Shown here piece after piece: positions 50,044 to 64,000 of a DNA stretch of 64,000 nucleotides. The stretch is from Pocillopora damicornis (taxonomy: Eukaryota): positions 186,001 through 250,000 of the forward strand of contig NW_020843601.1 in the NCBI RefSeq assembly GCF_003704095.1. The letters are read 5' to 3'. The translations under genes were made by a program, and so were the position numbers. Every line of letters starts with the position of its first letter. Position 1 is the stretch's first letter. The notes below the pieces were generated by a model, which was not told where the DNA came from, made no database searches, and was given only the letters and a program-made list of their open reading frames with translations.

Positions 50044-51651
50044 TTCGATGATAGGCAACTATTTGTAGCATCTCTCTAACGACGAAAAAAAAAATCTGGA
50101 TGAACACCTGACTGCATTTTAAGTCAATGACGTGGGTATTATGCTCAGAAGGCGAGCATTTTCGTGAATATAGCTTATCTTACCCAAGGAAGTCCAGAAA
50201 TTCCCGAAGACGTTCCGATTATATTACGAAGATGTACCGAAGAGTAGAAGGAAATGCAGTGTCTTCCACATGTGAAGGTTCAGTTTTATGTAAGATTAGT
50301 TGCCTAGACGGTAGTTCTCTCCTATTGATTCGAGTGTATACAACACCTTTCATTTTATCAGAAGAGTGACTCAGTGACTGTCATAATGACAAGCTGCCTT
50401 ATTGAACCAATTGTAGATTCACCATTAAACAAGTGGTTTTTCCAAGCGTATTAAGTCCCTTTATTTTTCTTCCCCTCATCAGCGTGCGTTCCCATGTAGT
50501 TCAGACCAGTGTAAAAACGAGCGAGGTTTGGGTCGGGTAGCTTTTTACGCGACCCGACCTAAGCCTCTCTCGTTATTCGCTCTGCCTGTACTATCGTGTC
50601 ATTTACTATTTAGCACGGAAATTTGCTGAACGCCTGGAATAGGCCTCACACATTTCGCTGTAATTAGTATTAAAGTGTGACCATTTCCTCATATTAGGCA
50701 TAGGTTAGAGATCATGCCACCTACATTATAAGTAGCAAAAGAGAGTATCCTAACGCCCATTTTCTTCAAATCTCGTTCACCAAGGGATGGATCGCCGAAC
50801 GCTTTATCAAGACCAATCAACCTTTGTAACGTGCTCTGTGAGTAGCCTGCGCGAAATTCGCAAGTGATTTTGTTTCGAGGGCGGAGTCACATGCACAGGC
50901 AGGACCCTTGGATCCGGGACAGCAGAGGTATTATTGGAAATAAAAGCTCAAAGCCTGGTTCAAACACCTAACAACCCCCTCCCCTCCCCTCTCCACTTCT
51001 TTTTGTCATGCCCCTTATTTACAACTTCAAGTTTCCTGTGAGCCCAGCGTTCTCATGAAGCACTGACAGACATCAGACCTTGCTGACAATTTGCCACACA
51101 AAAATCACAAATTCATCTGACAACTCTTCTGAACTAAATAATCAGTCAAATTAAAAGCAAGAATTTCTCTTAATAAGATACATAATGAAGACTCTCCGAT
51201 GGGTCATGAGAATTCAATAAATAATCATGATAATCAAGTTTAGATTATAATAACCTTGAAAACAAGATGGGTGATTGTTTATTAGACTAAGTTCACAGGA
51301 AATGTAACACAATTAACAGAACAACAAAGTATGACAAAAGGAGACATAAATTGGACCAATGCTTTGAAAAAAAGTTCCTAGAAATCTATCTGTACTGTTT
51401 CAATTTCCAACTGCTTAATTGTTCTCTGGCACATATGAAAACTAAGCCTAGCACACTGTCACAAACAGAGAGAAAGTTGACTAATATCATCAGCTAAACA
51501 TAATTGTACTTTGTAACTTTAGACACAGCAACTGACAGTATTAATCTCAACTGCATCTCATGTACACACATGAAGCTTGTGTCTTGGTTGTAGTAATAAG
51601 CATGCACTATCGCAGCTTCTGTTGTTGACCAATGCAAAATTTCAGTAGAGT

Positions 51652-52601
<950 letters not shown>

Positions 52602-52886
52602 CTAGCACGTGCAAACATCAATAAGTGCAAACTCCTTGAAAGACTTGAAACAAAGTCTACATGACACGTTCACTAAAATATTCAGATATTCAAATATGCG
52701 AAAATCAAGGCAAAATATTACCTTTAATCAGCTCCAGACGATAAAAATCGGAGAAATAAACGCACTTTTCGCCTGAAAACGAACTACAACGCTGTTCCTG
52801 ACTTTGCTCCAGTCTCTCGCGGACAGTAGCATTTGACCCGCTGAAGAGATAGATTTCAGGCTCAGCTGTTTCAGTCACGTTTGAAG

Positions 52887-63315
<10,429 letters not shown>

Positions 63316-64000
63316 GACGGCAATTCTATTCTAGGAGGAAAAGTTTATCACAATTTTCAGGTCATGTGAATTTTTGTGTGCTCATGGAAGTGACTTCCGC
63401 GCACAAGTCTCGTCGACTTCTGCTCGGAAATGCCAATGACAAAATGAACTGACTTCTTTGTGCCCGTGAAAATGACTCCTGTGAAGCTACAATTGCTGGC
63501 CTACTAATGAAGTAGGGAGCTCGTGTATGCTTATTATATGTACATGCAAATGAACTGGCGTCCTTATGGGGCGCGTGCGGGTAATCATAGGCGTGCCTGC
63601 GCGTTTGATCTCCGTATGAACTCCTAGGTGACTTCTATGTGCATACACAATTGACTTAAGTGTGCACATAAAGATTACATCTGCGTGTGTGTACTTGCGT
63701 AAGTGACTTCCGGGAGCATTCACAAGATTTACTTCTGCCCGAACGTGCAACTGACCCTTGCGTGCAAGCACGCTCAACTCACTTACGCGTGTGACTTCAA
63801 CGCTTGCACGCAGATGACACCTGCACATGCACGCGCAAATGACTTCTGCATCTACGAGCAATTCACTTAAACACGCCTTATATCGTACGTGAAAAATTTT
63901 ATTAATAGTTTGGTGAAGGTTGACGTTGTATCAAGTCATAATTTCAGCAAAACTTTGTGTTCGGATGTAATTGATTTGAGTTCGTGTGTAATTTAATACG

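Overview
Eukaryotic, AT-rich, intron-rich animal DNA. The gene content and repeat families point to a stony coral or other anthozoan cnidarian (inference). Gene order: intronless class A GPCR (+); RPS19 (+, last exon lost in an N gap); three tandem CTHRC1-like collagen genes (+); an intronless NPC2/ML-domain cluster of two intact genes flanking a frameshifted copy (+); a 17-exon amino-acid permease-like transporter (+); two tandem MPDU1 paralogs (-); an LHFPL-family tetraspan gene (+); POLR2L/RPB10 (-, absent from the ORF track) head-to-head with PCCA (+). Introns and intergenic DNA carry ~200-bp TTAA-flanked MITEs, a hairpin MITE with an 8-bp TSD, tRNA-derived SINEs, a 27-bp minisatellite and a ~102-bp tandem repeat. 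There are three 100-N gaps. The best candidate for a new system is the CTHRC1-like trio: three diverged chains that share a W-x4-C-x6-C N-terminus, an 11-12 triplet/kink/20-21 triplet collagen register and complementary charge, resembling the C1q A/B/C heterotrimer. The second candidate is an adjacent lysosome/symbiosome-type cassette (NPC2 retrocopies with phased E-box/SRE-like motifs, a dileucine-bearing transporter and a divergent PQ-loop paralog). All exon models were assembled by eye from GT-AG sites and reading frame; no searches were run.
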